A program made the translations under genes and the position numbers. The notes under the pieces are model-generated. The model saw nothing but the letters and a program-made list of their open reading frames with translations. It was not told where the DNA came from and searched no databases. DNA of 62,923 nt, the filler included, from Octopus bimaculoides (lineage: Eukaryota): NCBI RefSeq assembly GCF_001194135.2. It is 4 parts of 4 records of this genome, joined end to end, with 100 filler letters (N's around TTAATTAATTAA, not from the genome) between each part and the next. Parts side by side here need not be neighbours in the genome. Positions count along the whole stretch, not along the records: positions 1 to 27,681 come from NC_068991.1; 3 more parts are not named here. One strand, 5' to 3'. This document shows positions 1 through 12,349 of this stretch, one piece after another. Position 1 is the stretch's first letter. Every line of letters starts with the position of its first letter.

Positions 1-149
1 CTATTCCACGAGTTTATCTCATTATTAAGTTTTTCATTTCCTCCATCGTACATTATAACATATTTTTCATTACTGAGCAAGGGTGGGGAAATTTGGGGCT
101 CCTGTGTGCTTGTGCTTGTCTTTATGTCAGGTGGGGTATGGAAAGGGTT

Positions 150-560
150 GGTGTCTGTAGGGAATTGTTGGAGCAAAGTGGGTGTGGGTGGGAGTCGGGT
201 AGGCGTGGGATGAGGGTCATCATTTGCAACGTGTACTCTCTTCTGTTTCTTTTTTCTTCCCATCCGTTCCTTCCCTTGTTCACTTCCTCCTCCTCAACGC
301 CGGTACTGGTTTTCGTCGGTGAAGTCTCAATTTCCTTCTCGTTCTCTTGTTTCTTTTTATCCTTCACGAGTGGTGGAGGACCACCACCTTCTCCTCAATG
401 CCTAGCGGTATGGCAGCCACCAGCCAGGCTACATCCACTTCTGGGGGTATTTGCTCTACCCTAACCCTGGAAGCACGTCTCCCAAAGTATGCAGGTAGAA
501 GAACCACTTCATCAGTTCTCAGCGGTGAATTATTTCCTCCATAAATTAATTTGGTATCTA
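150..560 (-). mobile_element. Possible ORF1 fragment of a Tx1/L1-clade non-LTR retrotransposon (decayed)
   Basis: Minus-strand reading SPLRTDEVVLLPAYFGRRASRVRVEQIPPEVDVAWLAVAA, then a K/E-rich stretch (ORF 122-367). It resembles ORF1 of Tx1-like LINEs as I recall them; no catalytic motif is available to confirm. Confidence 0.35.
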
Positions 561-1514
561 AAAGACCATAATAAACAATTTAATTTTGATTGGTTGATTC
601 TCTCAATTTCGATCCCTTATGCTAAAGGCAAGGAATTCTGTCTTTGCAATTCTGAACTATTTTTTAATTCTTTTTTCTAAAGATCCCCTTGTAAACACGG
701 TTACAGAGCGTGCATACCGATGTAAACATTGGCAGAAACAAACCTTTAGTTCATTTAAGTGATATCTATCATTATATATAATTTAAACATTAATTTTCTT
801 CTTACATTTCACATTCCCTAGATATATCTTTTTCCAAGACTTTAGGATTTTATTTAATTTACATATCGTTATATACTTCTCATTTATTTGGTTTTTTCTT
901 TCCTTTACCCCTCCTCTTTATATAGGCTACCTTTGACGTTATATCCTCTAACGTTTTTTGGAAACAAACTTAATAGCGTTCAGTTCATCATTTTACATTT
1001 ACATCATATTCTGTTAAAATGCCTTATTGGCGATTTTTATTTCTTCATTTCCCTGAAGAGATTACATTGTTTTACACCATTTTATTCCTTTGGAATAATA
1101 CCAGTTATATCTTCGAAACATGTGTCGGAAGTAAAAGAATTTGAATAACACCTGCGTTTAACTCCATTTATATATATATATATATGCGCGCGCGCGTTTG
1201 TGTGTGTGTGTGTGAATACGAAGCAAATAATTTACGAGAAAAAATAAGTCACGAAAAAATAATTTGCGTCTCAATCATGGTAACGCGTGCTGAGCTAGCT
1301 GAGGCTATTTTTGCCAGTGTAGAAACCGGTCCATGTGAGTCCAAATACTTGAATGTACGTTGGAAGATTGTCTTTGTTTGTTTGCCATCGGACGGTTGAT
1401 TTCTGTAGTTATTGTCAGTATTTTGGCGATTTAAATAAGAGTTTTGATTGTTATTTCCCGTAGGTAGACATATTTAGTATGTCCTTTGATTAATTTTAAT
1501 CTTTCAGTTATATA

Positions 1515-2959
1515 CAGTGGGGGGGGGGTAAATATTCTTACATGTCAAAATTCTTTATTTATTTAATTTCTAATCAACATAAATGGGATATACCAATACT
1601 ATATTTGAATACACATGCATAAACTAAGAATATGCAAAAGAAACTAATAAATTATAGTAGCTAATGAATTTATATACAATTATAAATATTTAGGGATGAA
1701 AAAAGTATTCGTACAGAATAAATTTATGAGTTTCTATGCCACAAAATGCTGTTAAAATAATTCTTTTTTACTAGAACTTTCTCGTTTGCTCCAATAATCT
1801 TATCAGTGGTCATTTTTAAGTGTCAAAACGCTAGCTTCTTCATTCAGCACTGAAACAACATAAAGTAGTGTCGTAATAATGGCGAAAAGTAAAGAACTCA
1901 CAAATTCAGTGAAAAACTTAATTATTGAACAGTGGAAAGCAGGTAAAAGTTACAGGAAAATATCAGAGACCATTTGTATTCCATTTTCTACCATATCTTC
2001 ATTTATTCATAGATATAAAAAATCGGGAACTGTTGAAAACAAAATAAGATCCGGTGCACCACGCAAGATTTCTCCTANNNNNNNNNNNNNNNNNNNNNNN
2101 NNNNNNNNNNNNNNNNNNNNNNNNNNNNNNNNNNNNNNNNNNNNNNNNNNNNNNNNNNNNNNNNNNNNNNNNNNNNNNNNNNNNNNNNNNNNNNNNNNNN
2201 NNNNNNNNNNNNNNNNNNNNNNNNNNNNNNNNNNNNNNNNNNNNNNNNNNNNNNNNNNNNNNNNNNNNNNNNNNNNNNNNNNNNNNNNNNNNNNNNNNNN
2301 NNNNNNNNNNNNNNNNNNNNNNNNNNNNNNNNNNNNNNNNNNNNNNNNNNNNNNNNNNNNNNNNNNNNNNNNNNNNNNNNNNNNNNNNNNNNNNNNNNNN
2401 NNNNNNNNNNNNNNNNNNNNNNNNNNNNNNNNNNGTTTTACAACAGGATAACGACCCTAAGCACACGGCGAAGTCTGCCAAAACTGGATTGTCAATCACA
2501 ATATAAAATTATTAGAATGGCCAAGCCAGTCACTTGACTTGAACCCCATTGAAAATTTGTGGCATTATTTGAAAATTAAAACTCATTCAAGAGCCCCAAT
2601 TTGCATTTCAGATTTGAAGAAAATTTGTCAAGAAGAATGAGAAAAATGTCTAAAGAAACATGCGAATCATTGATTAAGAACTACAAAAAGAGATTGGTTG
2701 AAGTGGAACTGAATAATGGTTATGCTACGAAGTATTAAATCAGAATTATCAGTTATTTATGTTCTGTACAAATACTTTTTTACCCCTAGATATTCTTATT
2801 TGTATATAAATTCATTAGTTACTATAATTTATTAGTTTCTTTTGCATATTCTTAGTTTATGTGTGTGTATACAAATATAGTATTGGTATATCCCATTTAT
2901 GTTCATTAAAAATTAAATAAAGAATTTTGGCATGTACGAATATTTATTTCCCCCCACTG
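1515..2959 (+). mobile_element. Tc1-family DNA transposon, full-length but decayed, ~205-bp TIRs, TA target duplication
   Basis: Termini TA|CAGTGGGG... (1515) and ...CCCCACTG|TA (2959). Inverted repeats span about 1515-1720 and 2755-2959 and enclose a transposase ORF. Confidence 0.95.
1879..2738 (+). pseudogene. Tc1 transposase (paired-like HTH plus DDE), frameshifted, middle in an N gap
   Basis: MAKSKELTNSVKNLIIEQWKAGKSYRKISETICIPFSTISSFIHRYKKSGTVENKIRSGAPRKISP; after the gap QQDNDPKHTAKS, then in shifted frames WPSQSLDLNPIENLW and ...GYATKY* (stop 2736-2738). Confidence 0.93.
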
Positions 2960-2975
2960 TATATATATATATATC

Positions 2976-3890
2976 CAGCTAGCCATCTTCTTCGCGCCCT
3001 ATTCCTGTGAGGGGCGTGGGAGTAGATGTCCTCATGTACCTTTTACACAGGGCCCTATCAGATGCAACCGTCATTACACTTTCTGGTCAGTTTCCCAATC
3101 GTGGAGAACTGAGACTATGGATATTATTCAACCATCTCGTTCTTGGTCTACCACTCGGTTACCTTACTTTTGTCTCAGGTTCAAAAATCAATGTAGTGAA
3201 CATTGTCCTGTGATATTCTAATCGCATCTGCGTAGTGCCGGTGCTGTGTTCTCTCAATGCGATGAAGTGACGACGCAACCTGGAGACACTCACTGATCTC
3301 CGAACTACACACCTTAATGGGTAACGTTATTACAGAGAACCTTCAGAGGAACCCCATTTCGGTCGCTTGTATTCACGATCGTACTCTTTCGGCCATTACC
3401 CAACATTCATAGACACAAGTGAAGATAGGCACAAAACCCCAATTGAAGGTAACGAGTTTGGCTTTTTACCACTCCCTCCTCTTCTGACGATGAACGCTGG
3501 AGCTGGCGCATTACTGTGCTAGCACCTGCAATTTTAACATCCATTTAAACTTTGTGTTTCCCATCACTCGTAAATACTTAAGCTTCTACACTTGTCTCGT
3601 GATGTTCCACTAAATGCAGAGTGCACTGGGAAGACTTCCCTAAGAGGACTAATACCTTAGTCTTCACAACTTTACTCCTCATCCCTGCCTTACTTCACTC
3701 GACAGCAATGCCCTTCAATGCAGGCTGGAGATCACCAGCTGATGAGTCAAGTAGCACCATGTCGTCTACAGACATTAACCGCCGGATTCTACATCCAGTG
3801 ATTTTAATCCCACTTCCACAACAGCTGCACGTAACAATTCAGTTCATAGAAATTTTGAACAGGAGAGGGGACAACACGCACTACACCCAC
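2976..3890 (-). mobile_element. RTE-clade LINE 3' fragment (Expander/Rex3-like), RT C-half and C-terminus, decayed
   Basis: Minus-strand RRLMSVDDMVLLDSSAGDLQ (degenerate FADD), KAKLVTFNWGFVPIFTCVYECWVMAERVRS*IQATEMGFL and GRPRTRWLNNI; many stops. Confidence 0.8.
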
Positions 3891-4252
3891 GTTAAAATGT
3901 TTTGATTTAGCTCCATTTATCCGTGTAGGAAACGAATATGAAAAAAATGCGTGGAAAGCAACGGTGGGGGGGAGGATTTCAGAAAATTCACAAGAGTTTT
4001 TCCCTCATAACTTTTAAGAAAATGTTTTTTTTTTACATGAAATTTTATATACGATTATAAAGGAATTTGTGGAAAAATCTTTTCCAACGTGCGGGGAAAG
4101 GACTTCGGAAAATTTACAATTCCGAGTTTTTCGCCCATAACTTGGTGACAGTTTATCGTGGATAGCGGGTATAAATCCAAATTTTAGATATTCTTCTGAA
4201 TATTGACGAACTTTTTTTTACTTGCACTACTCATTTTATGTATTTTGGAATC

Positions 4253-5426
4253 GGCGTAACTACAGATTTTTACGCCCCCGACTTTGGATGATCGTAACTT
4301 TCAGAAAAAAGGATATATTTAATAACATTATCTACGAATATGTGGTATATCATGTAGATTCCGAATATACAAAATTTTGGTGGGGTGGGTGTTTTAGGAG
4401 GGGTTGAGGTGGGGAACTTCGGAAAATTCACAGGAGTCCACTTCAATTCGTCTTAACTTTCAAGGAAATGGATATTTTTTAATGAAATTCTCTACAAATA
4501 TACCTCGGACCATGTGGATTCCGAAGACATGGGAATTTGGGGGCAAAACAATTGGGGGCTATTTTTGAGAACTGTTCCTCACTCGCAGGTGTATCTGGAC
4601 AAGTCGTCCATATTTGTTTCATTTTCTCCGTTTTGTGCGTTTATGCATCCGTAGATTTCTACCACACACACACACACACGCACGCACGCACATGCATACA
4701 CACGTATATATATGTGCAATTAAAAAAAGTTCAAACGGTGAATTATTCCATTCAATATCATTATAGAGATTATGTAACAAATTGTGCTTGACCCTTCTAT
4801 ATTTAACTGTACGTGTATATTATTTATTTTTGCTTCTGGTGTCTTCTGTCTTTCAATTAGAAACGTTTACCTGGGAATTTACTTAAAGTGAAAAAAAATC
4901 CTATGCAACAAATAAGTCGTCTTAACATATTTCTGTGTACCAAACCTTTAGCTGTTATTTTTAACATAACGAGTTTTCTGGTGAGGGCTTCATTGCTTGT
5001 TTGTTGCTTCTGTAGAAATCTACGGAAGCACAAACGCACAAAACGGAGAAAATGAAACAAATATGAACGTCTTGTTCAGATACACCCACGAGTGGGGAAC
5101 AGTTCTCAAAAATAGCTCCCAATTGTTTTCCCCTCAAATTCCTATGTCCTCGAAATCTACATAGTCCGAGATATATTTGGAGAGAATTTCATTAAAAAAT
5201 ATCCATTTCCTTGAAAGTTAAGACGAATTGAAGTGGACTCTGGTGAATTTTCCAAAATTCCTCATCCCAACCTCTCCTAAAATACTTTTCCCCACCAAAA
5301 TTTTGTATATTCAGAATCTACATGATATAACACATATTCGTAGCCAATTTCATTTTAAAAATATCCATTTTTCTGAAAGTTACGATCATCCAAAGTCGGG
5401 GTGGGGCAGAAATCTGTAGTTATGCC
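4253..5426. mobile_element. Foldback/MITE-like element with ~410-bp inverted arms (4253-4662 and 5012-5426)
   Basis: Left arm GGCGTAACTACAGATTTT...CCGTAGATTTCTAC is the reverse complement, with scattered mismatches, of right arm GTAGAAATCTACGG...AAATCTGTAGTTATGCC. Arms contain internal sub-repeats; the spacer has a CA microsatellite and no ORF. Confidence 0.85.
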
Positions 5427-6169
5427 TTTGAATCAAACACGAGATTGCATTTCAAGCAAATCTTTACAATTTCTTCAAAATGATTTCAGTATAAACTTTC
5501 GGAAAATGTGCTCAAAAAGAAACAAAATATTCCGTGAATCTTCTCAACAGCAAAAGCCTTTGTATCAATGATGAAAGTTTTTTCTTAGCTTTTTGCTGAA
5601 TTCACAAAACTGACTGGTGGGAATAAAATGACCTGTTAATTTTCATCTCTGTTCATATACATACGTGTGTATGTGCGTTACCAGTACCATAAATCTCTAT
5701 CTATCTCCCTCCCTCCCTTTCTCTCTTTATGCCTCTCTCTTCCTTCACTGACGCTACCCCTCACTTCCAGTCCATTTCAACCCTTTTCATACCATTCAAT
5801 TCTTTCATCCCTCACTATCGCCAGAGATAAGACTCAATACTCTTAGACACACTCGCACACATAAGTTTGTCTCCAGTTTATTTCTCCATAGGAAATTAAG
5901 ATGGTATTGCTTTCAGTACTGACCAGTTCTATACTATATACACGCACACTCACATATGCGTTTGTAATTACCTACATGTTTTCACATACCACTAAATCGA
6001 AAGAAATAATTTATTCCCTCTTTAGTGACGTCAGATCTTATGAATATGATGAAAACGACCTGTTGTCTCTAAAGTGTCCAAAATTTTATAAAATTGTCTA
6101 CAGAAGGGATGTAAAGAATTTTTTTTTTAATAACTCATTCTCGAATTGCCCCCTTTCTCTATTGGTATA

Positions 6170-6860
6170 CTAAACATTGTGTACAAAAATTATAAAAATT
6201 CAGCATGCTTCACCAAAATATTACCATTCCCCACTGGTGGGGCATGCGCTCCACGTTGGGAATCACGGCTCTAGAGGAAACTCCAGTCGAGTTCTTAATG
6301 GCAAGTATGGAAATGCGCTTCTTGTTCCGAAGTCAAGAATGGTCTGGCAAAATACTTTATTGGCCAATCTGAAATCAGAGTCCATTTTAGTCCCAAAGTC
6401 TTGCTCTGGCTTAGCATTGGACGCTGTTACTCTCTCTGCTGCAACTTTACGCGCCTCAGTGTGCACATGCGCAAAAGGGTAAATGTGTTTCTGAGCCAAG
6501 CTTTGTAAGCCGCCTTCTGTGCTTGGATAGTATCTTTAGCTTCTTGGTTAAACCAGGGAATTCATTTACAACTTGACTACCTGACATCACACCAAACCGC
6601 TTTCATCCACAGCACTGTACAGTCGAAGAAGAAACAGCCGAACTAAACAATCTCCACTCCGTTTCAACATCCTCAGTTTATTCAAGGTCTCTGAATTTGG
6701 ATGCAATAGTTTCTGAATATTTCTTGCTAATCCCATCATCCACCAAGGCTTCCCACTTTATCCTGTAAGTTGCACTGGAGTTATCTGTTTGGAGGTTTGT
6801 GCCTCCTGTGGATAGACTCAGAAAGTAGACAACTAGGCTGATCAGTTGTCTTTCCCTCCC
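6170..6860 (-). mobile_element. RTE-clade LINE fragment (endonuclease-RT linker), Expander/Rex3-like
   Basis: RIKWEALVDDGISKKYSETIASKFRDLE and EARKVAAERVTASNAKPEQDFGTKMDSDFRLANKVFCQTI match the linker pattern RVCWERL.../EEFGEAMEKDYRSASKKFWQT recalled from Rex3/Expander ORFs. Confidence 0.65.
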
Positions 6861-7779
6861 AGTCCCGGAAAATAGGAAAATAATAACTTTATATTTGGCA
6901 TTGATGTGCAAAAGATATCGTTTCATTCACTGATTTTTCGCATCATTCATCTCAAGTTTACAGGTTTTTGACTTTAGTGTTTCAATCGAGGTGGGGGGGG
7001 AAATACTACTTTCGTTATTGTTTGAAGCAGGAAAAAGTAAACACTTTGAGGAATTGAAATTTATTATGCTTAAAACACACACCTCCGAAAAAATTATCAT
7101 AATCCACATACAATTTCCGACTTTTTAAGATCGTACTAGAATAATTTCCGACTCTGTTGTACAGGATTGGCTATACTTTGTTTTCGCTGTGGTCGTAGAG
7201 GGAGAGTAAAGTCATTAGACAATTGCTGCCGCCGCCTTAGGGCTCTTTAGCCGTTTCAAGTTATGCTTGCCTTGTCATAATTCAAATATTTTCCTTAGAC
7301 TGCTTTCTGTCTCATTATTCTTTTTCTTTTTTTTTTCTTTCTTTTTTTACTTTTCGGTTTCTTTTTAATCATTTTTGCGGAGAGAATCGAACGAGGTGGT
7401 TTTCGTTTATTTTACGTCCGTGTATATCTATATACACCCGCGGCTCTCATTATGCCCATACCTCTTCCGAGTATGTTATCTCCGCAGCCCTATACAACGC
7501 AGGAGTTGATCAATGTCATACCTGTACCATGTACACCAGGTGAAAGAAGGGCAGAAGTTGCTCAAACTGTAACAATTTCTTTCACCACTCTTGTGTCAAA
7601 CTCATTCGAGGAAGCTTCGAATATTTGCACCAGTGGCACTGTCCGAACTACTTAACCTTCTGAGGTGGCATAACCCTCGCAACACTACGAGCGGACACAG
7701 GTGCAGCATAGTTGTGATTTGATCTTCTTCAACCCGGACGAAATTTTGGCGTCAATCTCCCGTTCGGACAGTCGCGGAG

Positions 7780-7841
7780 AATCAACCCGGAACTATATGG
7801 TTGGGAAGCAAGCTTCTTACCGCACAGCCACTCCTGCGCCT
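7780..7841 (-). mobile_element. SINE family A, tRNA-like head fragment
   Basis: Reverse complement AGGCGCAGGAGTGGCTGTGCGGTAAGAAGCTTGCTTCCCAACCATATAGTTCCGGGTTGA; same head as 58118-58255 and 40241-40392. Confidence 0.75.
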
Positions 7842-9184
7842 GTAATATTAAAACAATATAGATATTAGGTATCTAAGTTGGAGATAAATTTTATTTGAAA
7901 TAAAAGACAGAATAGTCACGGTTAGAACATCTGTCCTAGATTAAGTAATAACTACGGAAATTTACATTCCACATATTCAGACAATGAATTCTCATTCATA
8001 TCTGATGCTGCCGGCGCAGTAGGCTTCATAACAAAAGGCTTTTGTTATGAACATTTTGCGCGAAAATATCGGAAACACTCCACTCCTACTCTTTATAACC
8101 TTTTGTTCACGTGATTAGTGATGCAGAGTTATACTCATTTTATAAACTCTCCGTTTCATTCAAGTGGGGTAACACGTGAACACAGATACACGGACACACA
8201 CACACACCCCACAACCACTACCACCACTACACCATACCACACCACACCACACGAGATGACGACAACGCGCTATCGAGCATTGTCCTTGTTTGACTGTTCT
8301 CTTAAGCAGAAGCAGGACAGATGTGACTTTTGAGTCATGCTCGAACCTACACTCTTTTGCAGAGATGTGGCAATGATGGGTGCTTCTTGTTCAAACAGTT
8401 ATCACCCACGGTAATGCATGCTTTCGTTCCATCACAGAATTTTTTATTTAGTGGGGGTTTTTTTCGGTTATGAACAGCCGTAGAATGTAACACATATCGG
8501 TTTAGCTTAGAAACGCGCGACTGCGTAGACATATCTCTCCTCCTGCAACGGGTCTCTTCGGCTGTGAAAACTCTTTTATCAAGGAAAGCAGTCTTGGAAA
8601 CCCACCAGAATGGATCCTGGTGAAAGGACAAAGGAAAAAAAATTACAACATGAAAATCACAGTACAAGACAAAAGAGAGAGAGGGAGAAAGAGATTAGTG
8701 GAGAAGACACAGAAACCAACAAACTGTCACACACACACACACACACATACACACTACACCAACACTATTACAAACATCTTCAACAGTAAAAACACCACCA
8801 GCATTAAAAACACCCCAACAAACGAAACACATAGCAATCTAGACCAACAATGCGAACAGCACTCCCAAGGCATCACTAATTACATGGTCATTAATGCAAT
8901 TAATAAAAATTTAATAAAAGCATATTCAAAAATACTCATTGCTCTAAATGAATACGTCTCACCTCCTGCATAACTCACCTATTCACATAAAAGCTATAAA
9001 AGCAACGCGACAAATTTACAACAAGCTGAAAGCAAAATATCTCAAAGGAATGGGAGATTGCTGTAGGATCATAAATAAGAGATTCTACAAAGAAGTGCTA
9101 GTGGAGACACCCACAAATAGCTCGAAGGACAGAACATGTTTCATCACAGTAACCGTGTCCCTGCCTACGAAGTCTCTCTAAGTC

Positions 9185-9810
9185 GACCGCGCACCTAGGC
9201 TAAAATTTTTAAATCTGCGTTCAGCAGCGTTATGGGCTAACATTTTCTCTTTGATCTCCCTTGTTTGGGTCCTTTCTTTGTAGTTTCACCGCTCATCGAC
9301 TCACAGAAATAAGAATTCTCCCGTTTTGTTGCCAGTTACGGCTGAGATTTGGCAATAGGCCACCAATTATGTCTGGCATAAAAAAGCAAAGTTCGTAAGG
9401 TAGACCATCCAAACCAAGCGATTGGCCACTGTGCAGCACATCATCGCATCCCGTATTTCCGCGGCTGTTTTCGACATGTCGCAACGCTCCACCCCACCTT
9501 ACCGAGAGTCTGGAATGCCGTCGAGGTAGGCACTAAAGTCCATTCTGTGTTCCAGACTGCCATTTGTCACAAACAGTTAAGCGAATTGCTGTTGAAATGT
9601 CGCACACATTTGCTCGGGCTCGAGGACCATGCACCCATTTTTGTCCACCAAAGACAAAAGAGTGGAAGAGGCGCATCTTTACCACGTTGCGCCTCTGCTA
9701 CTCGGGTCCATCGAGCGACTTTCTTTCTCTCGTCTCTTAGAGCACACCCTTTCGCTCTGACAATGCATTCTTTGTACTTAACGTTGAAGAATTGGTCCAG
9801 AACCAAGGAA
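9185..9810 (-). mobile_element. Tx1/L1-clade ORF2 fragment (linker and RT N-terminus), decayed
   Basis: LDQFFNVKYKECIVRAKGCAL..., GQSLGLDGLPYEL, NWQQNGRI, RKDPNKGD and a frameshifted ITLLNADLKILA-like motif (ataacgctgctgaacgcagatttaaaaattttagcc on the minus strand). Confidence 0.8.
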
Positions 9811-9824
9811 AACTTGTATAATTA

Positions 9825-10355
9825 ACCACAAGGCATGATCAAAACAAAAAAAAACTGTTTTCTGTCATAAAAGGAAGCTGAAAAATACAAGATAGAGGTC
9901 ATAATACTTGACAACCATGAAGAAAAAATAACAAAAGATGTAAAGCAGCTAAAATCTAAATTAAACCTGGAACTACAAAATGCCATGATAAGACCATGGC
10001 AAAAGAATCCCTTAAATGACAAATACCGGGATAAGCTAAACAGAAAAGAAATAGACAAAGTAAAATTCCAACGATGGTTGAGAATCTCAGAGACTGAAGG
10101 GCTTTTAATTGTGGCACAAGATCAAAGCCTCCTCACCAGAATCTACCAGAGACATATTTTCTCTTTTATTCTCTTTTACTTGTTTCAGTCTTTTGACTGT
10201 GGCCATGCTGGAGCACCGCCAGGACTTATTCTTTGGAAGCCTAGTACTTATTCTATCGGTCTCTTTTGCCGAACCGCTAAGTTACGGGGACATAAACACA
10301 CCAGCATCGGTTGTCAAGCGATGTTGGGGGGACAAACACAGACATACAAACACAT

Positions 10356-10415
<60 letters not shown>

Positions 10416-11072
10416 GACAGGCTTATTAAAGAAAAATACAAGTAATTGCCGAATATGTGGTGATAGGGAAGAAACAACAATTCTCTGGCTAACCAGTCTT
10501 AGTCAAGAAAGAATACATCGACAGACATGACAGCGTTAGGACTTACATATACTGGGAGCTATGTCAGCACTATGGAATGTTGACAGGGAAAGATGGTATA
10601 AGTATATCCCAGAAAAGGTCTCAGAAAATGACAAAGCAACCATGCTCTGTGATATACTGATTTACACATCTAGAGAGATCAAGGCTAATGAACAAGATAT
10701 AGTTGTCAGAGACAACCAAGAAAATGATGCCTCCTACATCTAAAAGAAAGGGGGGAAACTCTCGAAATACAAAGATCTACAAATAGAGATAACCTAAAAA
10801 CAGAAACAACCCCCATAATGATAGGTGAATTAGGTATGATTAAAAAAACGCAGAAAATACATAACCAAAACACCAGGACTTACGAATGTACATAACATGC
10901 AGAAAATAGCACTACTGGGCACTGCACACATCCTACGCAAAACATTTTCAATACAGTAACCATAAGAGCATCACAGCAAACCACAGCACATACCCAAGGC
11001 ACACAGAGCTGCGCTCGGTAGTGAAGTGAAAGCACGTTATAAAAATAAAACTACTGAATGATAATAATAATG

Positions 11073-11143
<71 letters not shown>
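9825..11143 (+). mobile_element. 5'-truncated RLE-type non-LTR retrotransposon (R4/Dong-like) with (TAA)n tail, interrupted by a SINE
   Basis: ETEGLLIVAQDQSLLTRIYQRH, [SINE], CRICGDREET (zinc knuckle start), RHDSV..YWELCQHYG, KANEQDIVVRD (degenerate PD motif), KYKDLQIEIT, LLGTAHILRKTFSIQ* (stop 10957-10959), short 3'UTR, (TAA)n at 11058-11143. Confidence 0.85.
10158..10427 (-). mobile_element. SINE family A, 5'-truncated copy (3' half plus internal microsatellite) inserted in the R4/Dong-like ORF
   Basis: Near-identical to 57690-57960 (tcttttacttgtttcagtc...gagcaccgcc...ccgaaccgctaagttacgggg...ggacaaacacagac), followed by (TA)n. The LINE ORF resumes on the other side. Confidence 0.9.
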
Positions 11144-11145
<2 letters not shown>

Positions 11146-11149
11146 AGCA

Positions 11150-11585
11150 AATATTCTGCTTAATACCACAGATTTGCTTGTCAGTTGTTTCACCATAACC
11201 AATTGAGCATATCCCTTGATCGCTGACGATATGTGCATCTCTGATCATGAGCAGAAGTAGTGGGGGAGCATCATAGTCATGCGTTGAGAGGAATTCTTTG
11301 GGGTTTGAATAATTCCCCTTTGGAGACATGGGTGTTTTGCTCAACATCCTTATTCAGGGACCTTTTGAGCGGAATGGGCTACTCGACATGAAGAAAATTC
11401 TAATTGGGCCCCACCTGCGAGGTCATGCGCTGTTTATCTTGATATGAGATCACCATGTCGCGTACATATGGTTGTGATGCATGTGCCTGGTGTACCCTTA
11501 TCAGACGGGTAGTCATGATGGGTATAATGGGCTTCGTATATTTTAGTCCAGTGTCACTTTGATGGCATGCACTGCTCTCTCACTC

Positions 11586-11647
<62 letters not shown>
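11150..11647 (+). mobile_element. Unclassified retroelement 3' end ending in (TAA)n
   Basis: ~440 bp of GC-balanced non-coding sequence bounded by (TAA)n arrays on both sides and ending ...tgcactgctctctcactc(AAT)n; no recognisable protein motif. Confidence 0.4.
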
Positions 11648-11649
<2 letters not shown>

Positions 11650-12349
11650 CTACGTATATATTAAAAGTGTTGGCGGCAGAATGACCGATTAAATCAACTT
11701 TCACATAGGTACTATGTTTGTTGCAGTGAAATTAAAATCGCATTAATGGTTGTTTGTTTACTTAACCCTCCAGCATCGACAGAGTTTCAACACATGACAA
11801 TGAGGCATTTAACTAAATACAACTAAGTACTGAACTAGATATAGCCAAATATTAAACTACATTCAGACATCTCTTCTCGCGATCTATTATCTAAGTGAAT
11901 TGACGCAGATTTCCTATAATAGTTATATGTCGTTTAGGCGCCAGTTTTGATGCTACCTGTAATCATATAACAAATTTCTTGCTATTTTAAACCATGGTTT
12001 GTGTGTGTGTGCATGTGTGTAATAACTGTCTACTCGTTAATCGTGTATGGCTCTTCTCAACACCAGCACTAACAGATTATATACACATAGCCATCATACT
12101 AGTTAAAAACCAACACAAACTCGCAGGCAATATGGAACTGAATAGTTAGTTTAAAATTACTAGATGGTCTGGGATAGACCGGAAATGACTCTTTAGTCCA
12201 GCAACAGACTTACAACCTTTTTACATTTTTGATTTCGCGGTAAAGATTGCTGGAAATTGTCGTAACATTTCATGTGACTTGTCAGATCTTATGGCAAACA
12301 GAGCGAGATAGTTCATCAGACTGTGACTGTGAAAAGTCAGTAGAGAGCC

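Noticed and set aside
8300-9180. Possible LINE ORF1 or zinc-finger fragments (QRCGNDGC, EWILVKGQRKK)
   Set aside because: The motifs are too short and not in a consistent order; no assignment is supportable.
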